Positions 9,170 to 20,106 of a DNA stretch of 64,000 nucleotides are shown one piece after another. The translations under genes and the position numbers were made by a program. Under the pieces are notes generated by a model that made no database searches, was not told the origin of the DNA, and worked only from the letters and a program-made list of their open reading frames with translations. Positions within the stretch are counted from its first letter, which is position 1. Every line of letters starts with the position of its first letter. Origin of the DNA: an uncultured bacterium (GTDB taxonomy: Bacteria > Babelota > Babeliae > Babelales > Vermiphilaceae). The stretch covers positions 704,001 to 768,000 of the forward strand of contig OY970172.1 in NCBI GenBank assembly GCA_963707655.1, given 5' to 3'.

Positions 9170-10957
9170 CTATTCGCTTTCATACGCTTGCTGGTCCCAC
9201 AGGCGCTTATAAATGCCTTGCTTGGCAAGCAGTTCTGCATGGGTACCCTGCTCGGCAACGGATCCATCTTGCAATACAACGATTTGGTCAGCATTTACCA
9301 CGGTGGAAAGACGATGCGCAATAATGAGGGTGGTTGACCCCTTGGAAATCTCTTCAATATTTTTTTGAATTTCTCGTTCAGTACGGGTATCAAGCGCTGA
9401 AGTCGCTTCATCAAAAACATACATCTTGGGAGCTTTTACCAGAACACGCGCAATGGATACGCGCTGCTTTTCACCACCAGATAGTTTGAGGCCCCGTTCC
9501 CCCACCACGGTTGAGATTCCTTCTGGCAGTGCAAAGACCAATTTATGTAACTGAGCTAACTCAATCGCCCTTTCTACTTCAGCTGCCGATGCTTGAGGGT
9601 TCCCATAAGAGATGTTGTAATACAACGTATTATTAAAGAGCACCGTATCTTGCGGTACTACCCCTATTAAGGCACGCAATGATTCTTGCGTAATATCACG
9701 TATATCAATGCCGTTAATTAAAATACGACCATCGGTAACATCGTAGAATCGCAGCAATAGGCGGGTAATAGTTGATTTACCCGAGCCGGTAGAGCCCACA
9801 ATGGCCACTGTTTTTCCTGCAGGAACTTTAAAAGATATGCCTTTTAAAATGGAGCGCTGGGGTCCATAACCAAACACTACATTATCAAAAGTGATTTCAA
9901 CGCTTTCTGGCTTGAGTGTTTGAGCATTTGGACGATCTACAATATCCGGTTTCATTTCAAGCAAATGAAGTGCATTTTCTATATCTCCAAAGCCGCGTCG
10001 TATATGGCGCAGAATAATACCGAAAAAACTCAGTGGATAGATGAACTGTAATAGATAACTATTAATCAACACAAAATCGCCGGTTTTCATCTGGCCCTTT
10101 AAAACAGCCGATCCCGAAATCAAGGTAAAGGCCAAAAGCCCGAGCCCCATAATAACCCCTTGGCCCATGTGTACCATTTCGCTGCGAATTTCTTTTTTGG
10201 TTATAGCGTCTTCAAGCTCAATAAGCGCTTGATTGCACTCATTATGTTCAAATTTTTGATTGTTAAAATATTTCACCGTCTCAAAATTCAACAGACTATC
10301 CACCATGCGCGAGGCAACTTTTTCTTCTTTTTGAATGCTTACGAGCAATGCTTTTGAAGACCATTCAATGCCCACCACGCTAAAGAGTATGTACAATCCC
10401 AAAACAATAAAAAGAAGAGCCCCATACGTGAAAGAATACAAGTACCACAAAACACCAATTGCTATAAAAATTTCTATAATAGTGGGGAGTAAAAATATAA
10501 AAATTTCCATAAAAATATCAGGAAATGCGCGCTGAAGACGTGAAATAATAGCGGCGATCGCCCCGGTTTTTCGCTCAAGATGAAAGCGCAGAGAGAGCTT
10601 GTGCAAATGGTCAAACACAGCAATGCTCAACATTCTTACCCCCCTGCCAATAACCCGTGCAAGCACGATTTCGCGCAACTGAAGAGTAATCTTACTGCAA
10701 ATCCAGGTTACCCCATACACAATGAGTAAAAGCTGCACCAAGCCAGAGGGAATAACCATGCAGGTTGATAATTTATTAATAATGTGTTCAAAGATAAGAG
10801 GGATACTCATATTCAGACAGATAGAAAGCACGACAAAAAACAATGCGCCCGCCATACGAAAACGCATATTAAAGTCATCTACCCACAGATAATGAAAAAC
10901 TAAGCGAATAATTTTACCATACTTCTTTTTCCCTGAGAGACGTAGATTAAGAGCCAT
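9170..10957 (-). CDS. ABCB-type half transporter, Atm1/ABCB7/HMT1 family
   Basis: LSLRFHLERKTG, DSLLNFETVKYFNN, Walker A GSTGSGKST, LSGGEKQR, DEATSALD. Confidence 0.92.
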   Translation of the reverse strand: MALNLRLSGKKKYGKIIRLVFHYLWVDDFNMRFRMAGALFFVVLSICLNMSIPLIFEHIINKLSTCMVIPSGLVQLLLIVYGVTWICSKITLQLREIVLARVIGRGVRMLSIAVFDHLHKLSLRFHLERKTGAIAAIISRLQRAFPDIFMEIFIFLLPTIIEIFIAIGVLWYLYSFTYGALLFIVLGLYILFSVVGIEWSSKALLVSIQKEEKVASRMVDSLLNFETVKYFNNQKFEHNECNQALIELEDAITKKEIRSEMVHMGQGVIMGLGLLAFTLISGSAVLKGQMKTGDFVLINSYLLQFIYPLSFFGIILRHIRRGFGDIENALHLLEMKPDIVDRPNAQTLKPESVEITFDNVVFGYGPQRSILKGISFKVPAGKTVAIVGSTGSGKSTITRLLLRFYDVTDGRILINGIDIRDITQESLRALIGVVPQDTVLFNNTLYYNISYGNPQASAAEVERAIELAQLHKLVFALPEGISTVVGERGLKLSGGEKQRVSIARVLVKAPKMYVFDEATSALDTRTEREIQKNIEEISKGSTTLIIAHRLSTVVNADQIVVLQDGSVAEQGTHAELLAKQGIYKRLWDQQAYESE

Positions 10958-11085
10958 ACCCAATTTCCTTTTATAACAAAACTATGCGCATCAGCCTTAT
11001 TTCATATTATAGTATGCAATCAACTTTTGGTACTAATTTTCAAAAAAATTACTGTTCTGCCCTATCGCCGCGAATGATCTTATGC

Positions 11086-11126
11086 AAAAAAGCGGATGAA
11101 AGGAAATCAATCCGTTTCATCCGCTT
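11086..11126 (-). terminator. Probable intrinsic terminator
   Basis: aagcggatgaa...ttcatccgctt stem with adjacent A-run (U-tract on - strand). Confidence 0.6.
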
Positions 11127-11182
11127 AGTTTTTAAATCCTGGTCTCTTATTTCTTCATTGTCGAATGGAGCCAATTATCTTT

Positions 11183-11270
11183 TTATACGTTTTTAAGCTC
11201 TTGCTCTAATGTAGCGATCTGTGCAATTCGCTGCGCATCGGTAGGGTGAGTAGCAGGGATTGGAAAAAAT
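11183..11270 (-). pseudogene. Remnant C-terminus of an M48-family metallopeptidase-like gene
   Basis: Manual translation FFPIPATHPTDAQRIAQIATLEQELKNV*; THP-x4-RI is the usual M48 C-terminal motif; no start codon, preceded by a stop. Confidence 0.5.
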
Positions 11271-11280
11271 CACAATGCGA

Positions 11281-11973
11281 TCATTGTTTTTTAAAGAGAT
11301 GAAATCCGGCAAAGCGAAGAATCAAGGGGGTGCAGGCCAATACGGCCATGGCAACAAAAGCGATGGTTATTTTAAGAGAAAAAACATCTTGTAGCGAATT
11401 GAGATGCTGCAATTGGTGGCCGGCAAAGGAAAAAATTAAAATTCCCGGCATCACGCCCAAAAAGGTTGTCCACGTAAAGGTCCAAAGAGAAACAGTAGTC
11501 AGCCCAGCCAGCAGATTCACGAGAAACAGAGGAACAATGGCAATAAAATGGATCAAAACCAAAAATTGAGTGCCATAATGTGCAACTGCCCGATTAAAAC
11601 TGATTAGCTGAGAGCGATAGTGCTGCTGAATAAAATTACCAATCAGATGACGAACACTCCAAAAAGCAAATGCCGCACCCAGAGTTGAAGCAATAATGCT
11701 CAAAACAGCTCCTAATAACGTACCAAAAAGGAACCCCCCGGCAATCGCAAAGAGAAAGGCAGCCGGCATAGAAATAGCCACTGATGTTGTATAGATTGCA
11801 AAAAAGCTGAACATGGATAGCCAATAGTGGCGCTCAACGTATAATTGCAAATAAGAGCTATGCTTTTTAAGCTGCTCAAAAGTAAAGAGCTGAACAATGC
11901 CTGAAAAATGAAGAAGCACAATGAGTGAGATCAATACTATGCCAAGGAATAAACGCCTTATCACTGTCTTCAT
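11281..11973 (-). CDS. TVP38/TMEM64 (DedA/VTT domain) membrane protein
   Basis: Multi-TM; AGGFLFG, STLGA, PLFLVNLLAG, WTTFLG.MPG. Confidence 0.88.
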   Translation of the reverse strand: MKTVIRRLFLGIVLISLIVLLHFSGIVQLFTFEQLKKHSSYLQLYVERHYWLSMFSFFAIYTTSVAISMPAAFLFAIAGGFLFGTLLGAVLSIIASTLGAAFAFWSVRHLIGNFIQQHYRSQLISFNRAVAHYGTQFLVLIHFIAIVPLFLVNLLAGLTTVSLWTFTWTTFLGVMPGILIFSFAGHQLQHLNSLQDVFSLKITIAFVAMAVLACTPLILRFAGFHLFKKQ

Positions 11974-11988
11974 AACACTTTTCCACTG

Positions 11989-12675
11989 TTAGATATGGTA
12001 ATTTTTTTTCACCCTTTTAATAATCAATGGCACCAAGGCGAGGAGTGCAAATATGAGTAATAAGCCCAAGGTTTGCCATGAAATAAGATCTTGCATTGAA
12101 GTAATGGTGCGCAACCGGCTTCCGGCCACCACATAAATCACCAAAAACGGCAAAGTTCCCAGCGCCGTGGTCCATATCATGGTCCTCAAAGGGAGGTCGG
12201 CCAAAATAGCAACAGCGTTAATCACAAAAAAAGGAACCACGCCCAGAAATTGTAAAACAAGCAGATAGCTTGCTCCCCCTTTTTTCATTTCATGCTCAAA
12301 TTTTGCAAATTTTGTTTTATATCTTGCATGAATCACTTGATAAAAAAAGGAACGGTACACGAGAAAAGAGACAGTGGCGCCCAGCACGGCACCCACTTCA
12401 CTATAGATAATGCCATAGCCTATGCCAAACAAATAGCCGGCAGCAAGGGCAAATAAAGGAACAAGCGGCAACCCAAACAGAAGCGCTGCGACAAAAGATA
12501 CAACATACAGAAGCACACCAAAGAAATAATGATTTGAGACAAACTCTTTAAAGACAGCACTGTGCTCTTTGAGTTGTTCGAGTGAAAAATATTTGGCAAA
12601 ACCGAATTGATAAATCAGAAAAATAATCGCCACGAAAGAAAAAATCAAAATTAATTTTTTTGGAAATCGCTTCAT
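11989..12675 (-). CDS. TVP38/TMEM64 (DedA/VTT domain) membrane protein, tandem paralog
   Basis: AAGYLFG, VPFFVINA, WTTALGTLP; same architecture as neighbour. Confidence 0.88.
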   Translation of the reverse strand: MKRFPKKLILIFSFVAIIFLIYQFGFAKYFSLEQLKEHSAVFKEFVSNHYFFGVLLYVVSFVAALLFGLPLVPLFALAAGYLFGIGYGIIYSEVGAVLGATVSFLVYRSFFYQVIHARYKTKFAKFEHEMKKGGASYLLVLQFLGVVPFFVINAVAILADLPLRTMIWTTALGTLPFLVIYVVAGSRLRTITSMQDLISWQTLGLLLIFALLALVPLIIKRVKKNYHI

Positions 12676-12751
12676 TTTTCCCCTGTCCCCTTGTTTTCTT
12701 TGTTATAATGATAAGTATATAAAAATTTTGTGCACAATTACTAGAGTTCTG

Positions 12752-13570
12752 TCAAAGACCACCCAGATCTTGACAGCCATTAAACGCTATCACTTTACCG
12801 CCTCGGTTTCGCCAACTTGCCGACATGACCAGGCTCGCAACATTTGCCGGGACGCTTGGTGCGCCCTCAATTTTTACATTCAATGCCTGCGCAAAAGGTG
12901 CAAGTGCTTCTTTAAGTATCGTTTGAAATTCGCCGACCAACTCTGCCTTTAATGTTTGTTGCGCTGTAAGAAGTGTAGCCTCGAGATTTTGGAGATCATC
13001 TCGCGTTGCGCATGCCGCTAAAAGCTCTTTTACATCCTCAACAGTCGGCAGCTGGTTAACTCTTTCATCAAAACCACTTAATAACAGACCCAAGCTTTCA
13101 AGCCGCCGCAGTGCTTCCGCGCTTGCCGCATCAACAGCATTAAATCTTGCAATGGTCATATCATGTCTATGCGCGCTCTCTTGCCTGTGCTCATCAAAAC
13201 TCCCATGCAATGCCGAATACTGTATATTTAATGCACTGATTCCTGTATTAACCGTTTCAAATTGACCTGGAATGGCATCAGTGATTAATCGCATTGCGTC
13301 AAGTGCAGATATCGCTCTATCAACATTTGTATGTATTGCTGCCGTGGTACGCTCTAAAGCATCTAGACGTGGATCGTTATAATAAGACCGCAATTTTTGA
13401 TGAACAACCATGCCGGTAACACCAGCAACACAAGCAGCCACAGGAAGCCATTTAATTACCGATGCGGCAGCATTTATCTGCTCCAAAGATTTACTCATTG
13501 CTTGTACTGATATCTGATTGAAAAGGCTCGCCATGAGGAAAAAAATTAACACTCTATTTTTAAAAATCAT
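12752..13570 (-). CDS. Secreted/membrane-anchored coiled-coil hypothetical protein
   Basis: Signal peptide ending VQA-M, hydrophobic segment, long heptad-like region. Confidence 0.7.
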   Translation of the reverse strand: MIFKNRVLIFFLMASLFNQISVQAMSKSLEQINAAASVIKWLPVAACVAGVTGMVVHQKLRSYYNDPRLDALERTTAAIHTNVDRAISALDAMRLITDAIPGQFETVNTGISALNIQYSALHGSFDEHRQESAHRHDMTIARFNAVDAASAEALRRLESLGLLLSGFDERVNQLPTVEDVKELLAACATRDDLQNLEATLLTAQQTLKAELVGEFQTILKEALAPFAQALNVKIEGAPSVPANVASLVMSASWRNRGGKVIAFNGCQDLGGL

Positions 13571-13718
13571 GTAATCCGCCTATTAAAGAGCTCTGGATCA
13601 ATATTTTTTGCGTATTATTCGCGCAAGTGTTGTAAATTATAAGAGATTTAAATTAAAATGCAAAAATAAAGAATTTTTAAATTAATGCGTATTATACGCC
13701 ATAAAAAAAGGATTACAC

Positions 13719-14396
13719 ATGTGCTTTTCTGCAAAGGTGAGTTTTATTGCCGCCGGTGTGCTTGCCCTTATAAGCCTGATGAGTTTGTATATTTCGCGCA
13801 CACGCACTGAAAAGTTGCTCTCTTTAACACCACTCTTTTTTGCCATTCAACAAGCAAGCGAAGGAGTATTATGGCTCACGTTACCCTCAGGCAACGGATT
13901 TCTTGCGTATCTGGCTACGTATATATATTTATTTTTTGTTTTTCTTTTTTGGCCGCTGTGGATGCCAATTATTGTTTCTTTTTACGAGAAAGAATGGCTG
14001 CGTAAAATGGGTATGTATTTGTGCGTCGTTGCCGGTGCATGCATTTCTCTCTATTTTTTACGTGTACTATTAATTGCCGGTGCTCATGCAAAAATTGAAC
14101 ATCATCATATATGTTATATTTTTGATTTCACTATTTCTCTCGCCTTCACTTTGCTGCTCAATGCACTCTATTGTGTTGCAACAATAATACCTCTCTTAAT
14201 CTGCAGCAGACCACGGGTGTGGCTTTCAGGGGCAGCATTAGCCATTTCTTATATTGTTTCTTACATTTTTTACTATGCTTGTTTTACTTCTATATGGTGT
14301 TTCTTTGGGGCAGTGCTCAGCTTTTTGACTCTCTACACAATCTATTACAATCAGCATGCAAAGCATACTACTGCAAAAGACGATGCATCGCTTTAA
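13719..14396 (+). CDS. Multi-pass membrane protein (MCFSA N-terminus, DUF6629-like)
   Basis: MCFSA start, PLFFAIQQASEG.LW, SIWCFF; about 7 hydrophobic segments. Confidence 0.7.
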   Translation: MCFSAKVSFIAAGVLALISLMSLYISRTRTEKLLSLTPLFFAIQQASEGVLWLTLPSGNGFLAYLATYIYLFFVFLFWPLWMPIIVSFYEKEWLRKMGMYLCVVAGACISLYFLRVLLIAGAHAKIEHHHICYIFDFTISLAFTLLLNALYCVATIIPLLICSRPRVWLSGAALAISYIVSYIFYYACFTSIWCFFGAVLSFLTLYTIYYNQHAKHTTAKDDASL

Positions 14397-15567
14397 CCAG
14401 CGCATCAACTTCTTCTATCGTATTGTAACAATAAAAGCTGACACGAATCATGGCATCAACGTTGAGAAATTGCGACAACGGCTGAGCGCAATGATTGCCT
14501 GCACGCACACAAATGCCCTGTTGCCACAAATAAGTTGCCACATCATGTGCATGGTGGCCATCAACGGTAAAACTTACCATGTGGCCGTTGTTTTTCAATT
14601 GCTCGATAGATCCTAGGATTTTTATTTTTTCAAGAGAAAGCAATCCCTCAATCAGACGTGCAGATAAATCTGCTTCATGTTTTTGCAAATCGGCAAAGTT
14701 AATGTTTTTGTTGAGATAATCTATCGCGGCACTCAGGCCAATTGCTTGCGCAATGGGTGGCGTACCGGCTTCAAATTTATGCGGCGCTTTGAGCCATGTC
14801 GCATTCTGTGCATTGGCGTGGAATATCATGCCACCGCCAAATTGATACGGCGAAATAATATCATGCAAATCTTTTTTTATATACAACACTCCAATGCCGG
14901 TGGGCCCCAGCATTTTATGTCCGGAAAATGCAAGAAAGTCGCACTTCAAATTCTTTACATCAATCTTTTGGTGCGGCACTGATTGCGCAGCATCAATCAA
15001 AAACAGTGCGCCGCTCTGACGCGCAAATTCTTGCAATATCTGCATATCATTATGAATGCCCAGAGCATTGCTCACCTGTGATACCGCAATAATTTTTATT
15101 TTTTTACTCAATAAGCCGGGCAGGCTCTCAAGTTTCAACGTACCATCAGCATGCAGGGGAATAAGCTTTAAAAGTGCCCCTTTTCTCTTGGCAAGTTGTT
15201 GCCAGGGTACCATGTTGGAATGATGCTCCATCTGCGTAATAACTATTTCATCACCTGGCTGAATATATTCATCGCCCCAAGCGCGAGCCACAAAATTAAT
15301 GCTTTCTGTTGTGCCACGGGTAAAAATTATTTCATCTGAACGAGCGCCAATAAAATGGGCAACTTTAACCCGTGCATCTTCATACAGTTGCGTTGCTTCT
15401 TCTGCCAGTTCATAGAGCCCGCGGTGCACATTTGCATTGCTCTGGCTATAAAAATGGGCCACCGCATCAATAACCGATTGTGGCTTTTGACTGGTAGAAG
15501 CGGTATCAAAATAAATTAATGGCTTTTTAAGAAGCGGAAAATCTTGTCTTAATTTCATTATATCCAT
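14368..15567 (-). CDS. sufS: SufS cysteine desulfurase
   Basis: YFDTASTSQKP, MEHHSN, FSGHKMLGPTGIG (PLP Lys), RAGNHCAQP (catalytic Cys). Confidence 0.95.
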   Translation of the reverse strand: MDIMKLRQDFPLLKKPLIYFDTASTSQKPQSVIDAVAHFYSQSNANVHRGLYELAEEATQLYEDARVKVAHFIGARSDEIIFTRGTTESINFVARAWGDEYIQPGDEIVITQMEHHSNMVPWQQLAKRKGALLKLIPLHADGTLKLESLPGLLSKKIKIIAVSQVSNALGIHNDMQILQEFARQSGALFLIDAAQSVPHQKIDVKNLKCDFLAFSGHKMLGPTGIGVLYIKKDLHDIISPYQFGGGMIFHANAQNATWLKAPHKFEAGTPPIAQAIGLSAAIDYLNKNINFADLQKHEADLSARLIEGLLSLEKIKILGSIEQLKNNGHMVSFTVDGHHAHDVATYLWQQGICVRAGNHCAQPLSQFLNVDAMIRVSFYCYNTIEEVDALVKAMHRLLQ

Positions 15568-16307
15568 TACTCTTCCTCTATTTTTTCCATTGCAGAGTTC
15601 AATAAGCTCTCCTGCATTGAATCTGGCAATTCTTTGATAATTTCTGCAATAAATCCGCGCAATAAAATATGCCGCGCCTGTGTAGAAGAAATACCTCGCG
15701 AAACAAGATATAAAAGTTGATTTTTATCTAATGGACCTGTTGCGGTACCGTGAACGCACTTCACTTCATTGGTCTTCACCTCAAGACTCGGCCGAGAATA
15801 CGCACGCGCCTGAGATGACAATAAAATATTTTTATTCTGTTGTGATGCATAGGTATCCCGAGCGGTTTTGTTAACCTCAATTAATCCTTCATGCATAAAC
15901 TGTGCAGAGCCGGCCAGCAAAGATTTGATTGCCACATCGCTTTTCGTATGCGCCGCGCGATGCTCTTGGCGCGTGGTTATGGTAACGGCTTCATCTTTGT
16001 TGAGCGCCACAATACCTCGTACCTGCGCCTGTGCTCCCTCGCCAAGCAGCAACATTTCGACCTCGTGTCGGCCTGTTTCATTCTGAAGAATATAAAGAGA
16101 CAAAGAAGCATTTTGATGCAGTGTAATATGTAACCGTGTCTTATCATAATGATCATCGCAATGCCAGACAACGGTTGCGCATGTATTGCGCTCAATATGC
16201 ATGGTCGTTATCTCATTGCCGATCGCAGGAGAAATCATTAATGGTGCAAGCGCATTCGCATCGGTAGAAATGGAGATAAAGCGATGAGAAGATTCTGTGT
16301 GCATCAT
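15567..16307 (-). CDS. sufD: SufD Fe-S assembly protein (short form)
   Basis: [24 protein letters not shown]; between sufB and sufS. Confidence 0.88.
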   Translation of the reverse strand: MMHTESSHRFISISTDANALAPLMISPAIGNEITTMHIERNTCATVVWHCDDHYDKTRLHITLHQNASLSLYILQNETGRHEVEMLLLGEGAQAQVRGIVALNKDEAVTITTRQEHRAAHTKSDVAIKSLLAGSAQFMHEGLIEVNKTARDTYASQQNKNILLSSQARAYSRPSLEVKTNEVKCVHGTATGPLDKNQLLYLVSRGISSTQARHILLRGFIAEIIKELPDSMQESLLNSAMEKIEEE

Positions 16308-17656
16308 CCTATGGACCCTTCCATCTCCATGGCGATCAAGCGATTAATCTCAACCGCATATTCCATGGGTAATTCTTTTACAAATGCATCAATAAAGCCA
16401 TTTACTATCATCGCCCGCGCTTTTTCCTGACTCAATCCACGGCTGGTCAAATAAAAAATCTGTTCATCGCTAATTTTGCTTACTGAAGCTTCGTGGCCAA
16501 CATCGGCTGATTCAGCATTAACTTCAACGGTCGGATAGGTATCTGAGCGTGATAACTCATCCATTAACAATGCATCGCAATTTACGCGCGCGTGAGCATC
16601 TGTTGCTGATTTTCCAATTTTAAGCAATCCGCGATAACTGGCGCGCCCACCCTTGCTACTGATTGATTTTGAAATAATATTGGAACGGGTATGCGGAGCC
16701 AGATGGATTACTTTACCACCCGCATCTTGCTGCTGACCTTTTCCCGCCACTGCAATAGAGATAATTTGTGCTTTTGCGCCGCGCCCTTTAAGGATTACGC
16801 ACGGATATTTCATGGTTACTTTGCTCCCAAAATTACCATCTATCCATTCGACCGTAGCATTTTCATAAGCGATCGCTCGTTTTGTGACCAAATTATACAC
16901 ATTGTGTGACCAGTTTTGAATCGTAGTATAGCGAATTTTAGCACCGGGCAATGCGATCAATTCAACAACGGCAGAATGCAAAGAATTTTGGCGATAGAGC
17001 GGCGCGCTACAGCCTTCAACATAATGCACAAAACTGCCTTCGTCGGCGATAATAAGCGTGCGCTCAAACTGTCCCATACTGGCACTATTAATACGAAAAT
17101 ATGCTTGCAGTGGCATATCAATCTGCACACCTTTGGGCACATAAATAAACGAGCCCCCACTCCATACCGCGCTATTGAGTGCAGCAAATTTATTATCATG
17201 CGGTGGAATTACGGTAGCAAAATATTTTTTGAAAAGATCAGGATATTCTTTGATGGCTACACTCATATCCAAAAAGAGCACTCCTTGCTCAGCCCATTGT
17301 TTTTTGAGCTTTTTATACATCATTTCCGATTCGTATTGCGCACCAACCCCGGCCAAAAATTTTTGTTCTGCCTGAGGAATGCCCAGTTTTTCAAAAGTGT
17401 TTTTTATTTCATCAGGAATTTCTTGCCATGATGCTTTTTGCCCCTCAAGGGGTTTGATGTAATAATGGATATCTTGATGGTCCAATTCGCTCAAATCAGC
17501 ACCCCAGCCCGGCAAGGGAAGTCGCTCAAAAATGGCAAGAGCAGAAAGGCGAAAATCGGTCATCCACGCCGGTTCATTCTTTTGCGCTGACAAGGCGGCA
17601 ACAACTGTTTTGTTGAGCCCTTTGGCGAATTTATAATTATTGTTGGTAAATGCCAT
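16304..17656 (-). CDS. sufB: SufB Fe-S assembly protein
   Basis: [34 protein letters not shown]-terminal EMEGSIG. Confidence 0.97.
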   Translation of the reverse strand: MAFTNNNYKFAKGLNKTVVAALSAQKNEPAWMTDFRLSALAIFERLPLPGWGADLSELDHQDIHYYIKPLEGQKASWQEIPDEIKNTFEKLGIPQAEQKFLAGVGAQYESEMMYKKLKKQWAEQGVLFLDMSVAIKEYPDLFKKYFATVIPPHDNKFAALNSAVWSGGSFIYVPKGVQIDMPLQAYFRINSASMGQFERTLIIADEGSFVHYVEGCSAPLYRQNSLHSAVVELIALPGAKIRYTTIQNWSHNVYNLVTKRAIAYENATVEWIDGNFGSKVTMKYPCVILKGRGAKAQIISIAVAGKGQQQDAGGKVIHLAPHTRSNIISKSISSKGGRASYRGLLKIGKSATDAHARVNCDALLMDELSRSDTYPTVEVNAESADVGHEASVSKISDEQIFYLTSRGLSQEKARAMIVNGFIDAFVKELPMEYAVEINRLIAMEMEGSIG

Positions 17657-18380
17657 AGCCACTCTTTTCTATTTCCAGAGCCAGTTCCGCCCCCCGCGAG
17701 GCAACCAATCTTCCCTGAACAAGAACATGCACATAGTCGGGAGTAATATATTCAAGAATGCGATTGTAGTGCGTAATGATTAAAAAAGAAGTTGATGGGT
17801 TCTCTGTACGCACAACGTTTAAAGCGGCGGTCACTAATTGTAATGCATCAATATCAAGACCCGAATCAATTTCATCAAGAACAACGAGTTTGGGTTGAAA
17901 AAGCAGCACTTGCAACATTTCAAGCCGCTTTTTTTCCCCGCCTGAAAAACCTTCGTTAACGGAACGATTGGCCAATTGAGGATCCATAGCCAGCAGCTGC
18001 ATTTTTTCATGCAAAAGTTTGGTAAAATCTGCAGCAGAAATCGTTTTTTTTGTTATAGCCTGGTACGCTTCTTTTAAAAAAGTGGCGATACTCAGACCGG
18101 GAATTTCATATGGATGCTGAAAGACCAGAAATAGACCGAGTTGTGCACGTTTATCGGGAGAAAGCCCTAGTAATGACTGGCCATCAAACAGTATATTACC
18201 GGTGGTTATTTGATATGAGGGATGACCCATGAGGGTATGCGCGAGCGTGCTTTTCCCTGAGCCGTTGGGGCCCATAATGGCATGTATTTGGCCGGGGGCA
18301 CTATGCAAAGTAAGATTATGTATGATAGAAACATCTTCTATTGCAACAGAAAGATTATCAATAACAAGGAGATTTTGCAT
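17637..18380 (-). CDS. sufC: SufC ATPase
   Basis: [37 protein letters not shown]; start chosen at MQNLL. Confidence 0.95.
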   Translation of the reverse strand: MQNLLVIDNLSVAIEDVSIIHNLTLHSAPGQIHAIMGPNGSGKSTLAHTLMGHPSYQITTGNILFDGQSLLGLSPDKRAQLGLFLVFQHPYEIPGLSIATFLKEAYQAITKKTISAADFTKLLHEKMQLLAMDPQLANRSVNEGFSGGEKKRLEMLQVLLFQPKLVVLDEIDSGLDIDALQLVTAALNVVRTENPSTSFLIITHYNRILEYITPDYVHVLVQGRLVASRGAELALEIEKSGYGIYQQ

Positions 18381-18384
18381 ACAG

Positions 18385-18834
18385 TTACTCTGGTACATTT
18401 CGTGGTTTCCATTTGAAATAACAAGCCAGAACAGCAAGGCCAATACCTGAAGCAAAGCCCAACATACCATAGCCCACGGCATAACGATCTTTTTCGCCGC
18501 GGTGCTCTATGTTAAACTGCTCTCGTTCTGCGCATCTTATGACTTCAGCGTCTTGCTCACTCATTCCATACAAAGATACCTTATATTCACGAACCTTATC
18601 ATATTGCTCATGATCGGTACCCTCTTCTTTGCGGCATTCCTCAAGAATAGCCTTAACTTTTTCAGGGTCATTGAGAATCGCATTGGCAAGCCGCTTAGTG
18701 CAAAATGAAGCAAAAACGCGTGATTTTTCTTTTTTTGCCGGCATATCGGTATTCGTTTCTGCATCATAACCCAGTGCTGTTATGCGAGCAGAAAATAAAA
18801 AACCAAAAGCAAAAAGATACAATAATTTTTGCAT
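18385..18834 (-). CDS. Hypothetical protein with signal peptide and C-terminal TM anchor
   Basis: Hydrophobic N-terminus and C-terminal hydrophobic segment followed by basic residues. Confidence 0.7.
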   Translation of the reverse strand: MQKLLYLFAFGFLFSARITALGYDAETNTDMPAKKEKSRVFASFCTKRLANAILNDPEKVKAILEECRKEEGTDHEQYDKVREYKVSLYGMSEQDAEVIRCAEREQFNIEHRGEKDRYAVGYGMLGFASGIGLAVLACYFKWKPRNVPE

Positions 18835-18921
18835 AACAATCCCCAGATAAAAAAGTAAAGATTGTAAATAATCATACTATTTATCTATAAAAAAAGCGAT
18901 TCTTAGCCAGAATTGGCTTGC

Positions 18922-20106
18922 TTAAACGGCGACTCTTAACAGTTCAGATAGGGTAATAATACCCTGCGCTACCTTGCGAGCACCGTCAACCAATAAGGGT
19001 TGCAATCCGTCATTGCGTGCCTGCGCAATAATGTCATCAACAATCGGAGAATTAACAATTAAAGAGCGCAAGTTACCGGTCATAACCAGCAACTCAAAAA
19101 TACCTACACGGCCCTTATATCCCCGGCCTTTGCAGGACCCACAGCCAATGCCTTTATATAGACATTCAACCATTAATCCCATCTGTTGTAACATGAGCTG
19201 CTCTTCTTCACTTGGTTCAACCATCACACGGCATGCCAGGCAAATTTTTCTTGCCAGGCGCTGGGCAAGCACACCGGTTAGCGAAGCGTTGATTAAAAAT
19301 GGCTCAATGCCCATATCCATTAAACGCATGATGACGCTTGGCGCATCATTGGTATGTATGGTGCTTAATACCAAATGCCCTGTCAGCGATGCCTCCAGTG
19401 CAATTTGTGCCGTTTCACGGTCACGAATTTCCCCCACCATTACGATATCGGGGTCCTGGCGCAACACAGAGCGCATTCCTTTTGCAAAAGTAAAACCGGC
19501 ATCAGGGTTTACTTGACCCTGCGTCACCCCCAAAAGGTTATATTCAACCGGATCTTCCAGCGTGATAATATGCTTTTCAGCAAGATTAAGAGTATCAAGA
19601 GCCGCATAGAGCGTGGTAGTTTTTCCCGCACCGGTGGGGCCGCATACTAATAAAAATCCCTGCTGCTTACTCAAAAGCTCCTGAACGGTAAAATACATCT
19701 GCGAATCAAAGCCCAACGAATCAAGCTTTATTGTTTGGGCGGAGCGATCCAAAATACGCACCACCATGTTTTCACCGTACAAAGAGGGAAACGTGGATAC
19801 GCGCAAATCTATTTCTTTATGTTCGTACGCGATACGAAATTTACCGTCTTGAGGAATGCGCTTTTCAGCTATGTCAATGCGCGCAAGCACTTTGAGGCGT
19901 GCGCTCAACTGACTCATAAATGCTGCTTCGATAATTTGTTGATCGTATAAAATGCCATCTACACGAAAACGGATACGTCCTGAGTGCGCTGCCGGTTCAA
20001 TGTGAATGTCTGAGGCAGATTGATCAATGGCTGCATATAACAATGAATTAACCAGCCGAACAATGGGCGCTTCTTCATGAAGTGTATGCGATTGTAATCC
20101 AATCAC
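18922..20106 (-). CDS. GspE/PilB-family secretion ATPase (N2 and ATPase domains only)
   Basis: [40 protein letters not shown], tetracysteine motif. Confidence 0.93.
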   Translation of the reverse strand: MIGLQSHTLHEEAPIVRLVNSLLYAAIDQSASDIHIEPAAHSGRIRFRVDGILYDQQIIEAAFMSQLSARLKVLARIDIAEKRIPQDGKFRIAYEHKEIDLRVSTFPSLYGENMVVRILDRSAQTIKLDSLGFDSQMYFTVQELLSKQQGFLLVCGPTGAGKTTTLYAALDTLNLAEKHIITLEDPVEYNLLGVTQGQVNPDAGFTFAKGMRSVLRQDPDIVMVGEIRDRETAQIALEASLTGHLVLSTIHTNDAPSVIMRLMDMGIEPFLINASLTGVLAQRLARKICLACRVMVEPSEEEQLMLQQMGLMVECLYKGIGCGSCKGRGYKGRVGIFELLVMTGNLRSLIVNSPIVDDIIAQARNDGLQPLLVDGARKVAQGIITLSELLRVAV

